A stretch of 64,000 bases of DNA, taken from contig MU057724.1 in assembly GCA_013265495.1 (NCBI GenBank), forward strand, positions 1,565,102-1,629,101, in the 5' to 3' direction. The translations under genes and the position numbers were made by a program. This document shows, in pieces, positions 13,700 to 26,560 of this stretch (positions are counted from its first letter, which is position 1; each line of letters starts with the position of its first letter). The stretch is from Vicugna vicugna (Eukaryota). Under the pieces are notes generated by a model. The model was not told where the DNA came from and did not search any database. It saw only the letters and a list, made by a program, of their open reading frames with translations.

Positions 13700-14110
13700 C
13701 GAGCAAATGAAGGGAGTGGACATTCTTCCAAAGAAGACACGTCCATGGGCAACAGGTACATGAAAAGATGCTCAGCATCACTAATTACCAGGGAAGCACG
13801 GATCACTGAGTGTCAGCTCCAACCTGTCAGACTGGCTGTTACCAAAAAGCCGACAAGTAGCAAGTGCGGTGAGGGTGTGGAGAAAGGGGAGCCCCGTGCT
13901 CTGTTGGTGGGAATGTAAACTGGCACAGACATTATGGAAGACAGTATGGAGGTTACTCAAGAAATTAAAAATAGAACCACCATGTGATCCAGAAATCCCA
14001 CTTCTGGGTATATACGCGAAGGAAGTAAAATCAGCATCTCCCAGAGATTTCTGTTCCCCGTGATCGCTGCAGCACCATTCACAACAGCCAAGAAATAGAA
14101 ACAGTTTAAG
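13700..14110 (+). mobile_element. Old L1 ORF2 3' fragment
   Basis: ORF translations [12 protein letters not shown] and [38 protein letters not shown] match the L1 ORF2 C-terminus. Confidence 0.9.
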
Positions 14111-14114
14111 TCTG

Positions 14115-14189
14115 GCTCACCTTGTTATGACGTTCACTTTACTGTGATGGTCTGGAGCTGAACCCGCAACACCTCCAAAGTGTGCCTGG
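14115..14189 (+). mobile_element. Tigger1-like DNA transposon terminal fragment
   Basis: ttcactttactgtgatggtctggagctgaacccgcaacacctccaaagtgtgcctg resembles the Tigger1 3' end. Confidence 0.6.
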
Positions 14190-14194
14190 ATTAA

Positions 14195-14345
14195 GCCACG
14201 GATCCAAAATGCTCAAAGGACACCAAGCAGGATAAATATCAAAAGCAAAAAGCAAACAAAAAACCCCCACACGTCTGAACATGACACGTGAAAACTGCAG
14301 AAAACCAAAGACCAGGAGAAAACCTTGAAGGGAGGAAAACAAACA
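14195..14345 (+). mobile_element. Old L1 ORF1 fragment
   Basis: gctcaaaggacaccaagcaggataaat...aaaactgcagaaaaccaaagaccaggagaaaaccttgaag is typical L1M ORF1 sequence. Confidence 0.65.
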
Positions 14346-16164
14346 AACGAAAGCCCTTCTCTGCAGAAGAGACATTTCCTCTCTGCGTCCGGGGTCTCTG
14401 CTTTCACTGCCGTTACGTCCAGTCTGTGTGAACAGTTACAAACGAGATGAGACGTGTGTGAATGAGAACGGTCACTCAAACAACAGAGACACTGGCCAGC
14501 GAGCTCTGGCATTAAAGGACCCACCGAAAAATCAGAGCGGACCACAGGTAAGTGCATTCTCATTGAAGGAATAAGGCGCTTATTTCTCTTCGACTGGGAC
14601 TGGCTTTACAGAGAACATAATTGATGTCCTCCTTATTTTATGATTTTTTTGTGGGAAATATTCAAATTTATTGCCTGATTCAGTGTCATTATCTAAGAGG
14701 AAATCATCTGGGAGTGGTGTCCTTTTATGAGACCAGGCTTCGCCACAAGGAAAAGATAATTATGTCAGTGATCATTTAAAACATTCCATATTTATAAAAA
14801 CCTGGCTTTGTGCTCTGCTGCGTGGGAGAGGCACGGTGTGAGAGGAGGGTACTGAACACCCTTGATGTGCCTAAGGAAACGGGAAGCGCAGAGCCGGTCA
14901 GGGCGCGAGCACGCGTCAGCGATGCACATTTAAAATATTCTTATACACGACAGGACAGAGCTGTGAAGTAGCCACATTATTTATCCATTGCTTCACTAGT
15001 TTCTCGTAACAACAACCATAAAAGTGCATCTTAGAAAACAGAAGTTTCTCCTTACCGGTTGTGCGTGCAGTGCGCCAGCCTGGCTCCCGAGGCGTTCCGG
15101 GAAGTGACTGGCTGGCGGTCCACGCTCCCGGGGTCCAGTTCTGCTCCGCCACGGACGTGCCTCGTGATCGCTGAGAAAATCAGTTAAGGTATCCAGTTCT
15201 TCGCTGTATCAGCCAAAACGCAAAACAGGGCGAAAAAGAAACGCAAGGGTGGAATGTGGCGATGCCTGACGCCTCTTCCAGGCCTCGCTGCCGCACTCCC
15301 GAGAAAACGCAAGCCGGCGCCCCCGGAGCACCGCGCCCGCGGCACCTGCGGGCCCCCAGGCTCCGCGCCGGAGGTTGGGCGCTCCCGGGGGCCCCGCAGC
15401 CCAGCGCAAGGTGGGTGCGCGTGGCCTCCCGCGCTCTGCAGAGCAGGTCCCCGGGCCAAGGGGAGTCCTAGCAGAGGAAGGGAAGTTAATGTAAGACTGA
15501 CTAAGCCAGGCCAGATTGTTTTTTTAATCCCAGAAAGAAATCAGAAATCTCTGATGTTGCACAGATGAAAATAAAGGCCGGAAAAGGAAAACCTCCGAGA
15601 TCATAGACTGGTGACAGCAGGGCCGCCAAGCTCAGACCCTCGGGCACACAGGATAAGGGAGAGCGTGAGACCCACCGGGGCTGCGGAGCAGCACGAGGTC
15701 CAAGCCCCAGCGCACGTGGGGCCACCTCGCGTGACCTCTAGTGACCGGCAGTGCATGGGCACGTGTCACCCAGCTTCCTTGTGAGTCCCAAATCCCACGT
15801 TACGACTAGAGTTACAGCATCTGCTGCGTGACGTTGTTATAAATAAAATCATATTCCTATATGTCTTCTCTACGACCCCTGACGTGACATACAATTTCTT
15901 TTATTCCTCTGAAACGTTACGCTTTCCTGCAATGAAGAGAGAGAAGTGCAAAGCGCACAGCACAACGCCACACATCCCAGACACACGAGGAGCGGTAGCT
16001 ATTATCAAATTCAAGCTCTTCCTGCTGAGAAACATGTCTTAGAACTCGGAAATAATGTGTAAATGGCTGACACGTCATGGAGAATTGGATTGGCAGGGAC
16101 CGTTTTTTCTCTAAAAAGGCAAAGCATTTAAACTACTACGATATAAACTTTTTAAAAACCCTCC

Positions 16165-17430
16165 TTAGATGGTTCAATACCTGCATATCAGTCAACGTGA
16201 AACACCATAAGAACAAGCTGAAGAATAAACATCATGTGATCATCTCAATAATTTCAGAAAAAGCATCTGACAAAATCCAACGTCCGTTCATGATAAAAAC
16301 CCTCAGCAAAGTTGGTATAACACAGCTCAGCGTAGCAAAGGCATGGATGACAGGCCCACAGCTAACACCACGCTTAATGGTCAAACTGCAGCATTTCCCT
16401 GAGATCACGACCAAAAGAAGAGCGCCCACTCTCTCCACTCCTATGCAGCACAGTACTACAAGTCCGAGCCATAGCGATCAGACCAGAAAAAGAAATAAAA
16501 GAAATCCAGATCAGAGAGGAAGCAGTAAAACTGAAGATCAGACCAGAAAAAGAAATAAAAGAAATAAAAGAAATCCAGATCAGAGAGGAAGCAGTAAAAC
16601 TGTCACTGTTCCCAGGTAATTGAGCTATCACCTCACACCTGTCAGAATGGGAGTCATCGAAGAGACAACAAATAACAAATATTGGCAAGGATGTGGGGGA
16701 AAAGGAACCCATGTACACTGTCGATAGTATTGTAAATTGGTGCAGCCACTGTGGAAAACAGCATGGAAGTTCCTCAAAAAATTAAAAATAGAACTACCAT
16801 ACAATCCAGCAATCTCACTTCTGGGTATTTTTTTGAAGAAAATGCAAATGCTAATCGAAAATATGTATGCACCCCTATGTTCACTACAGCATTATTTAGA
16901 ATAGTCAAGATCTAGAAGCAACTTAAGTGTCCATCAATAGATGAATGGATAAAGAAGAGTGGTGGAAGATTACCCAGCCATGTAAAGTATTAAAACCTTG
17001 CCATTTGCAACAGTGTGGATGAATCTAAAGGGTATTATATGCTAAGTGAAGTAAATCAGACAAAAAAAGGCAAATACTATTTGATTTCACTTACATGTAG
17101 AATCTGAAAAACAAAACAAATGAACAAACACAACTAAACAGAAACAGTCATAGATACAGAGAACAAACAGACTATTGGGAGAGCAGAGGGTGGTGAGGGG
17201 TGAGAGAAGTAGGTGAGGAGGATTAAGAGACACAGACTTCCAGTTATAAAATGGATGAGCCATGGGTAAGAAGTGTACAGTGCGGGAAATACAATAAATT
17301 ACATTTTAATATCTTTGTACACTGATAGATGGTAACAAGATTTATCTTTATTGTGGTGATCATTTTGTCATGTATAAGAATATTGAATCACTATGCTCTA
17401 CACCTGAAACTAATATAAGTCAATTACACG
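16165..17430 (+). mobile_element. Older L1 (ORF2 RT fragment, internal deletion near 16620, ORF2 end and 3'UTR)
   Basis: Translation HHVIISIISEKASDKIQRPFMIKTLSKVG matches L1 RT; 3'UTR ending ...ctacacctgaaactaatataagtcaattac. Confidence 0.9.
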
Positions 17431-18277
17431 TTCTCTGGGCTTTTCAAAGACTGTCATGACTCTCAACCATTAGGCAAATCTTCCTACTTGTATGGAATTG
17501 AGAATATGACATAAATGTATGACACTGGGTTTTCATTTTGGATGGGAAATTCTTCCCATGATGCTACCATTAACTAAAAAGAAAACAAAAAAAAATGTAC
17601 AGCATAAAGTGTTTTCCTCAATTACTTTTCCACTTGTCTTTCAAAATGTATCATTTGAATAGTTTGAATGTGTTTGTGAAACGATGCTTTTACTTTCAGT
17701 GTGCGCCTGGTTACTGAACAGGAAATCATCCAATTCCACTATGTGGTCACTGTTTCTCTCCTGAAATAGAAACAGTACAATTTCATAGGAAATTGCTCTT
17801 GGGAGTTTTCCAACCCAAGGCTGTAATCTTGAAACTTCTGGAATCTTTGAAAAAAGTTTAAGATTGGAAATGCAAAAGTTCCACTTCATTCCAGAAAATG
17901 CTGAAATTGTTGAATTGCACAACCTGCTTTATTAAAACAAAAGTGGGGTGAACTGTTCTTGGTACAGTGTGATTCCCAGAGGACTGAGAAAGAGCAATTT
18001 TAGAGCAAATGCTGCTTTAAAAAAAAACTGTTGGTTGAGCTTACATGCCATCTTCATCCAAAAAATCTTTTAAAATTCTCCACACATATCACTCCCCTCC
18101 ACCAGGAGAAGTACAGGAAAGGCGTGTTCAGTGAAGCCCTTTATTTTTTATCTGACCTGCCTTGCCCATGATTTTTAATGGTGTTAAGGCTTTTGTAAAA
18201 ATTACATACTGCTTTAAATGGGTAAATTTTATGGTATGTAAATTATACTTGAATAAAGCTGTTAAAAATGACATCTT

Positions 18278-20330
18278 GAAAAGAAAAGCCAAAAGTGTCA
18301 CTATATGCAGATGACATGATACTATATATAGAAAACCCTAAAAGGTCCACACAGAAACTACTAGAGCTGATTGAAGAATTCAGCAAGGTAGCAGGTTACA
18401 AGATTAACGTTCAAAAATCAGTTGCATTTCTTTACACTAATGATGAATCAATAGAAAAAGAAAGTAAAGAAACAATCCCCTTTAAAATAGTGCCCAAAGT
18501 AATAGAATAGCTAGGAATAAATCTAACCAAAGAGGTGAAAGACTTATACACAGGAAACTATAAAACACTGATGAAGGAAAATAAAGACAACTTCAAAAAA
18601 TGGAAAGATATCCCACGCTCCTGGATTGGAAGAATCAGTGTTATTAAAATGGTCACACTGCCCAAGGCAATCTACAGATTTAGTGCAATCCCTATCAAAT
18701 TACCCAGGACATATTTCATAGAACTAAAACAAATCATAATAAAATTTATATGGAACCACAAAAGACCTAGAATTGCCAAAACATTACTGAAGAAAAAGAA
18801 AGAGCCTGGAGGAATAACTCTCCCAGACTTCAGACAATACTATAGAGCTACAGTCATCAAGACAGCATGGTATTGGTACAAAACAGACACATGGACCAAT
18901 GGAACAGAATAAAGAGCCCAGAAATGAACCCACAAACTTTTGGTCAACTAATTTTGACAAAGAAGGTGAGAATATATAATGGAATAAAGACAGTCTCTTC
19001 AGCAAATGGTGTTGGGAAAACTGGACAGCAGCCTGTAAAGCAATGAAGCTAGAACACTCCCTTACACCATACACAAAAATAAACTCAAAATGGATCAAAG
19101 ACTTAAACATAAGACAACATACAATTAACCTCCTAGAAGAAAACATAGGCAAAACATTATCTGACATACATCTCAAAAATGTTCTCCTAGAACAGTCTAC
19201 TCAAGCAATAGAAATAAAAGCAAGAATAAACAAATGGGACCTAATGAAACTTAACAAGCTTCTGCACAGCAAAGGATACCAGAAGTAAAACAAAATGACA
19301 ACCTACAGAATGGGAGAACATTTTTGCAAATGAAACCGACAAAGGCTTGATCTCCATAATATATAAGCAGCTCATACGACTTAACAAGAAAGAAACAAAC
19401 AACCCCACCCAAAAATGGGCAGAAGACCTAAACAAGCAATTCTCCAGGGAAGACATACAAATGATCAATAGGCACATGAACAAATGCTCAGTATCATTAA
19501 TTATCAGAGAAATGCAAATCAAAACTACAATGAGGTATCACCTCACACCATTCAGAATGGCCATCATTCAAAAGTCCACAAATGACAAATACTGGAGAGG
19601 CTGTGGGGAAAAGGGAACCCTTCTACACTGCTGGTGGGAATGCAGTTTGGTGCAGCCACTGTGGAAAACAGTATGGAGATTCCTCAAAAGACTAGGAATA
19701 GACTTACCATATGACCCAGGAATCCCGCTGGTTCCAGAAGGAACCCTACTTCAGGATGACACCTGCACCTCAATGTTCATAGCAGCATTATTTACAATAG
19801 CCAAGACATGGAAATGTACATCAACAGATGACTGGATAAAGAAGAGGTGGTATGTTTATACAATGGAATACTATTCAGCCATAAAAACTGACAACATAAC
19901 GCCATTTGGAGCAATGTGGATGCTCCTGGAGAATGTCATTCTAAGTGAAGTAAGCCAGAAAGAGAAAGAAAAATACCATATGAGATCACTCATATGTGGA
20001 ATCTAAAAAAAACAAAACATAAATACAAAACAGAAACAGACTCATAGACATAGAATACAAACTTGTGGTTGTCAAGGGAGCGGAGGATGGGAAGGGATAG
20101 ATGGGATTTCAAAATTGTAGAATAGATAAACAAGATTATACTGTATGGCACAGGGAAATATATACACGATCTTATGATAGTTCACAAAGAAAAAAAATGT
20201 GACAATGAATGTATGTATGTTCATGTGTAACTGAAAAATTGTGCTCTACACTGGAATTTGACACAGCATCGTAAAATGACTATAACGCAATAAAAAATGT
20301 AAAAAAAAAAAGGATCTTTTTTTGCCAAAA
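18278..20330 (+). mobile_element. Young 5'-truncated L1 (disrupted ORF2 from the YADD motif to the end, 3'UTR, poly(A)) with 14-bp TSD
   Basis: ORF fragments [15 protein letters not shown]...[20 protein letters not shown] broken by stops and frameshifts. TSD AAAAATGACATCTT at 18264-18277 and 20331-20344; TT/AAAA target. Confidence 0.97.
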
Positions 20331-22159
20331 AAAAATGACATCTTACTTGAGGAAAATTCAAACAATACAGAAAAGTGCATTAAATAAACTCGTCAATTCC
20401 ACCGCCGAGTAACCACCACCTGTAACGATCTGCAGCTGCGTGTCCCTCTCCTTCTCTGTCTGTCTCACACGTGCTCAGAAATGTGTATCCGGATTAACAG
20501 AACATCTCTACTTCCTCAGCTGCCTCAGTGAACAGCTCCGAATTCGGAGCCCCGTCACCTGAAGGAAAACGGAGCGGGTGCCGCACCACCAGCCAGGTTC
20601 GTGGGGGGCGCCGCCCAAGGACACGAACGCGCGACCAGAGACTCCGACTAGGGGTCTCCTGTGTCCTCACCGGGTGACTGCTGACAACCAGAGAGCGTCC
20701 TGTCCCGGGGTCCCTGGGATGATGGCCAGCAGGGAGCAGACAGCCCCACCCTCAGCCCACGGGAGGCTCACCTTGATTTTGAGCCTGAAAACACAAACAC
20801 TGGTTACATAGAACCTGGGGCAAATAAGAAAGTGGAAAACCGAACCCAGGTACGCTGCTGTGTGTAAAACAGCCTGCGAGAGTCTACAGTTCTGGGAGCG
20901 GGAGTCGTTACCAAAAATCCGGATATTTCTCCACCTGAAACTGTATTCCACATCTGCGGCTTTCCCCTCGACCCAAATAAAAGTGTCACGGACACATCAG
21001 TGCCGCCCTCACCACGCTACAACATGTCCTCGGGACCCTGCCGGCGTGCACGCACCGGGCGTGCAGGCGGTGTGGACCGGCCGGCTGCATGGACCGCATG
21101 CAGGGCTGGACCGTGAGTCCACAGCGCCACCTGCAGGCGGGAAGCAGCATGAGCCCAGGCCACGCGTCTGCACTGCGGGGAGACGGGCCTGGGGGCGCGC
21201 ACGTGCTCCCGCGCCACGGCCCCGCGGGTGGTGTCCGTGTTCACACGCAGCCTGGTGAGCCGGGTGCGCACACGTCTACGTGACAGACGGCAGCCAAGGT
21301 TACAGATACACCAACCAGGATGAGACAGAAAATGTGCCAGCAGTTGTTTCCATTTCCGGGCCCGACCCCCGGACTACCCAGTCATTGCTCCCCGACCCCG
21401 CCACCCCCGGCCTCTTCTACTTCTGTCACCGAACAGTTACGCTTCCTGCCACTCAAGGCCCGCGTCTCCAAACACACGGCACCCCTTCCAAGCCCAGTCC
21501 TTCCCGACACGAGACGCAGAAACTGTCCCGCATGTCACCGCCCGAGAGCCGGTGCCGCCCACAGCGAGGGCCGCAGCGCTCGCACCTCCTGCCCCCTCGG
21601 GGCTGCCGTGGCTCCACCTGCCTCAGACTCCCCCTCCCCTCACTTGTCTTCATTCTCTTTTTTTTCCTAACTGATTTCTTTACCTGCCCCTCATGTTGGA
21701 TGCCTGCCAGCACTTATTAAACAGCTGTCCGAACACCTGTCTGGAGGGGAATCTGACCCAGTATCCCCGTGTAAGCAAGACACCTGGGCACACAGCGCGG
21801 GCCCCCGCGAGCGGGACTTCCGTCATTTCTTACCCTCACGCCGCTCGGGCCCCCACGAGGCGGTTCTGTCAGCCCCCGACGGGCGCTCTCACCTCAGCAC
21901 CTGTCCTCACAGGTCCCTCGTGGTCCCGCCTGCCGGCCGCGCTGGCCTAACCTGCTCCCCACCTCGCATTCCAGTCTGCACCTGGCGCACCTGCTCCTCC
22001 TCCAAGACAGCCACCTGACACCTGGCGGTCATAGGTCATAACCCCATGTCTGCCGGGCGCTGACGCAGCCACCTGACATAAGCCAATCTGTTCACGCTCC
22101 GCGCCCCAGCTGTTACAGCCCAGGGCCCGGGGCAGCGGTCTAAGTGGCCACCGGTTTTC

Positions 22160-22368
22160 TTTTTTTTTTTTTTTAATTTTTTATTGAAGTAGAGTTGACT
22201 TACAAGGCTGTGTTAGCTTCTGGTGCACAGCACAGTGATTCCGTTACACTGTACAGATCTTCCTGCTCGGGTTCTTTTCCACGTTAGGTTACTACGAGCC
22301 GTTGAATACAGCTCCCTGTGCTGTACGGAGGTCCCTGTTGTCTATTTTGCATTTAGTGGTTTGTATAT
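22160..22368 (-). mobile_element. L1 3'-end fragment
   Basis: Poly-T followed by ttattgaagtagagttgacttacaa...tccctgtgctgtac (cetartiodactyl-type L1 tail); gttttc on both flanks. Confidence 0.85.
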
Positions 22369-25049
22369 AGCAGTTTTCCGCACGTGAGTTCCTAACGAGG
22401 GCTGCGGTCTCCGTGCCAGTCAGCAGTCACACACGCCCCCCCCCCGTCCCTACAACCCGGGGCAGAAGGGGGAAGCCTCCCAGGAGGTGACGAGATGGTG
22501 CAGCCCTCTGGGAGCCCACAGGGGACAGACAGGTGGCCTCTACTCGGCTTTGAAGGGAGAGGACATCTGGAAAGGAAGCCACGCAGAGGTGGAGGTGCAG
22601 ACCTGGCCCCCGAGCCCTGGCCCCTGTGTTCACAGGCTGTCTGCCCTCAGCCACGCAGCCCAGACACTCTGCGCCCCAGGTCCTCATCTGTCCGATCTGG
22701 TGGTTGTGGGCAGGGTGGTCTGGAAAAGGGAGAGACCAGAAGCCACTGCAGTATGACCGCCACGAGTGGACTGAAGTGTTCCCCCGTCACTGCGGGCGGT
22801 GCGGGGCGGGGGGTAAAGTCTTGATTCTGGGTTTTTGAGTGTTCTTTCTAACTCCTCCTCCAGATAAGTCATTGGGTCATGGGTTCCCTTTCTTGTCTAA
22901 GCCCGTTTGAGTCTGTGGCACTCGCAGCTTGATGTGTACACACGAGGGGAGGACGGGGACAGAGGAGAGCAGCTCCGGGAGAACGCGGGCTTCCCCCGCA
23001 GGTCCTGAAGGAAGGAGGCCGGGAGGACGGGAGATTCGAAGGAAGGGGGCGGGGAACCGCCCAGAGGAGGTTTCCACTGCAACCCAGAGCCCCGAGGAGG
23101 GTGGTGCCTGGAGCAAACGGGATGTTGCAGGCGGATCGTTTGTTAGATAATCAAGCTTTCTTCTTAACATACGTAAGTGCATTTATTTTTTAAGTTTTGG
23201 ATTCTTTACTCTTGATAATGTAGCACATATTTTAGGAGAGCTGACTTTGGCAGGCGAGCACTGTCCCAGCGTAGACATCCGCTGTGCCACAGAAGGGAAA
23301 CAAGCCCAGGCCCCAGCGCCCCCCGTGCCTGGGACGTCACGCCCGCAGGTCGGGAGGTGCAGAGAAATGCAGCTTCTACCTCTTCAAGGCCTGGCCCCGA
23401 GTATTTGTAGTAATTCACTCAAAACCTAAACCCCGCGTGTTATTTGGCGGGACCCTGGCACGGCTTTGGGGCAGACAGAGGCACACGGCTACACGAGGTT
23501 TACGAGCTGCGGGAGGGGCCGCCAGCGGAGGGTTCCAGACAGAAAAGGACACATAAACCCCAGCAAGCCCGGGCACGTGGCCCTTCGAGGTGGCCACGAC
23601 GGTTCCACACCCCGACTCGCGCTAGGCTCTCCCAGGGAACTTGAAAGGAAGCCGCAGCGGCCAGCCCTCTTCCCGCGGCTCCGACGTGCTGGGGGAGGGG
23701 GCAGACGCTCTGTCGACGAGCTGGCTGGGTGCTTCTGGCCCGGGTGTCCTCCGGTTCGGGGGCACGACTGAGCGCGCTGCAGGGCTGATGAAAGTTAACC
23801 TCAGAGCAGGAAACCACAGACTGCCCTCAGAAGTCAGAAGAAGAAACGCGATCAAAAGCTCATCGCAGATGAGTGGCGGGAGTTGCTGTTTACAGAGTGA
23901 CTTCAGAACTGGTCACACCTGTGAATCTTACTTTTCATTCGCAGCAGCGCCTCAAGTCCAAGGCGAGCCCTTCCTCCCTCTGATCCCTGCCCGCAGAGCG
24001 CCTGTGTGCGGGCCCGGGCCAGGCAGGCGACGGTCCATCCCCACACTGACCCAGTTCCCAGTGTGAGAGTCTGGGCCTCTCCCGGGGAGGCCTCGGAGCC
24101 CAGGGACATCAGAGAACGTCTGTTCCTAACATCCACCTCCCATTGAAGAACAAACCTGGATGTTTTCAAAGTCAGGTCTATCCTTGATGTCATGCAGGTT
24201 TCATCGAGGATGGCACAGAGCAGGAGAGGTCCTCGGAGCCTCCCTTCATGCGATGCCCAAAAAGAGGGCTTGCCAGAGCGAGGCTCCTGCGGGGGCGAGT
24301 CAGCGGGGCAGAGGGTGGCGCTGAGGGACGGACGGGAAGAGCCGGGCCGCGCTCCCCCGAGGGGAGCCAGGCCTGCCCCAGGGCTGCTCTGGGCGTCAGC
24401 CGTGGGAGTCTTGCATCACTGCTTTCCCATCAGGTGTACCCCAGACCTGGTCACAAAGCCAGGAGGAAAGACGCAATTAAACAACGCGAGGACAGGACTA
24501 TTCCTGGAGAGGCACTCAGACACTGAGCTGCAAGGATGCTCAGGAAATAGGACCAGACTGCCGTCCCTGGAACTGCACGCCTGCCCCCGAGCCCCTCAGG
24601 TCCCCGACTGCTCTGCCCCAGACCCACACGAGGCTGTCACCTGCCGAAGGTGTGCTTTGATTTTGCCCAAACTGTTTACGCAGCTAAAACGTTCCACCAA
24701 GAATAAATAAGAGCATTTCACTCTGCCTGGTCTGAATACGTGAGTGGTGTGTTGGGTGACGGAAGCTCTTAGCGACTGATCCACAGATTCAACATAATTC
24801 CAATCAGAATCTCAGACGGCTTCGATGGTGGGGCGGGGCGTAGGGGTGGCTACCGAAATGAATAAGCTGATTCTAAAATACATTCGGGAATGCAAACTAT
24901 TTCTTAAAAGAAAAAGCTGGAGGCATTTCACTGTCTGACTTCAAGACACTGAGTCACTATATAAGTCACAGATTTAGCACACAAAAAGGGGAATGAGGGT
25001 AAATTCAGAGACATATCTGGCAAATGGGAATGAGATATTTATATCTGTC

Positions 25050-26560
25050 CTTTTTCTGGTCAGATTTATTGAGATACACTTCACGTACAATAGCTGTTCC
25101 CCAATTTAAAATATGCAAATAAACCAGCTGTGATACACGTGCCATGTAACCAGCATCACAACTGTGACACAGAGTATTTCCATGACCCCAGATAACAGCC
25201 TCGCATCCTTTGCAGCCAGGCCTCCGCCTGGTCCCAGGAAACCACTGCTCTGCTTCCTGTCTCTGAGGCCAGGCCCTTCCTCGGATGTGACAGCGTGTGA
25301 CCTGGGAGCACAGAACCTCCCTGGTCCGGCTCCCTTCACTGAGTGCACGCACTTGACATCCACCCACGTCGTTCCAGGCGTCAGAGTTTGTTCCTGTCAC
25401 TGCGGAGGGTCACCTGCTCAGCCATGCACCTGCCGATGGACCCCTGGGTGGCTTCCAACCCAGGGCTATTACCCTAAAGACGCCATCATCATTCAAGCAG
25501 TCGTCTTCGTGTGCAAATATGTTTATTTCCTTCTTCGGGGTGGATACCTGGAAGTGACATTGCTGTGTCCCACTCAGCGTTTCAACGTTAAGAGGAGCTG
25601 CCAAACCGCGTCTCAAGGTAGCGAGCGGTTTCCTCCCACAGCCACAGGGAGGGAGCCCAGCTGCTCCACGTCCTCCCAGCACTGGGGATGTTCAGGCTCT
25701 TGTACTTCAGCCACTCTAAAAGGTAGTTGACGGTACCCCTGGTGGTTTTGATCCGCATTTCCCGAAGATCTCGTGATGACGGACATCCTTCCACAGGCGG
25801 GTTTCCCTCCACACCTGTTCTCTGGTGAAACATCTGTTCAGACATTTCACCGACTTGTAAGCTGGGTTTTTTGTTTCCTTATTAGTGACTTGCAGGGGTT
25901 CTTTTTATGCTCCAGCTTCAGGTTCTCCACGGATACAGGTTATCGAAACGTTTTCACTCCATCTGTAACTTGTCTTATTTTCTTAGCAGGATGTTTAAAA
26001 TAGCAAATGTTTTTTTCATTTCGATGAAGCCCAGTTTGTCATGTTTCCGTGTGTTTCGTGCTCTTTGTGTTCCACCTGAAACACCCCTGCCCAGCGCAAG
26101 GCCACAGACACATTTTCTAGGTTGTCTTCCACAACTGCGCATCTTGACGTCGACGATCCATCGTGAGTTAGTTTTTGTATGAAATGTGAAGTGAGATGCG
26201 TGTGTTTTGTTTGTTTTTGAGCACTGCTGGCTCAGGAGATTATCAGTTACCCCCTGCATGATCCTGATTCGCGTGGCAAAGAAACAGACACCCATGTGAA
26301 GTCAGTCTGGACCCCAGATCTGGCCCACGTCCATCTTTACGCCAGTGCCAGATGGCCTTGATTCTTTTTAGATTTATAACATTTTAAAGTCAGACAGTAA
26401 CATGCTGCCAACTCTGGTTTTCTTTACAGACACTGTTTGCGTTCTCGCCTCCATCTCGGAACCGGCTTGCTCACTCCTCTTCCTGCCCCCCTCACCCCCG
26501 CGAGAGAAGAGCCCTCAGATTCTCATCAGAATTCACCGAATTTATTAGCTGATTGGCAGA
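25050..26560 (-). mobile_element. Ancient L1M fragment(s), strongly GC-shifted
   Basis: tttattgagatacacttcacgtacaat at the 3' end; minus-strand ORF with TKTNSRWIVDVKMR and HDKLGFIEMKKTF resembles L1 ORF2. Confidence 0.75.

Noticed and set aside
17626..17760. Possible coding exon (ERNSDHIVELDDFLFSNQ...)
   Set aside because: Good acceptor but weak donor (AAA|gtaatt), in-frame stop, and no recognisable protein.
18278..20006. Reverse-transcriptase ORFs as an active element or novel RT system
   Set aside because: Ordinary 5'-truncated L1 ORF2 with in-frame stops and frameshifts.
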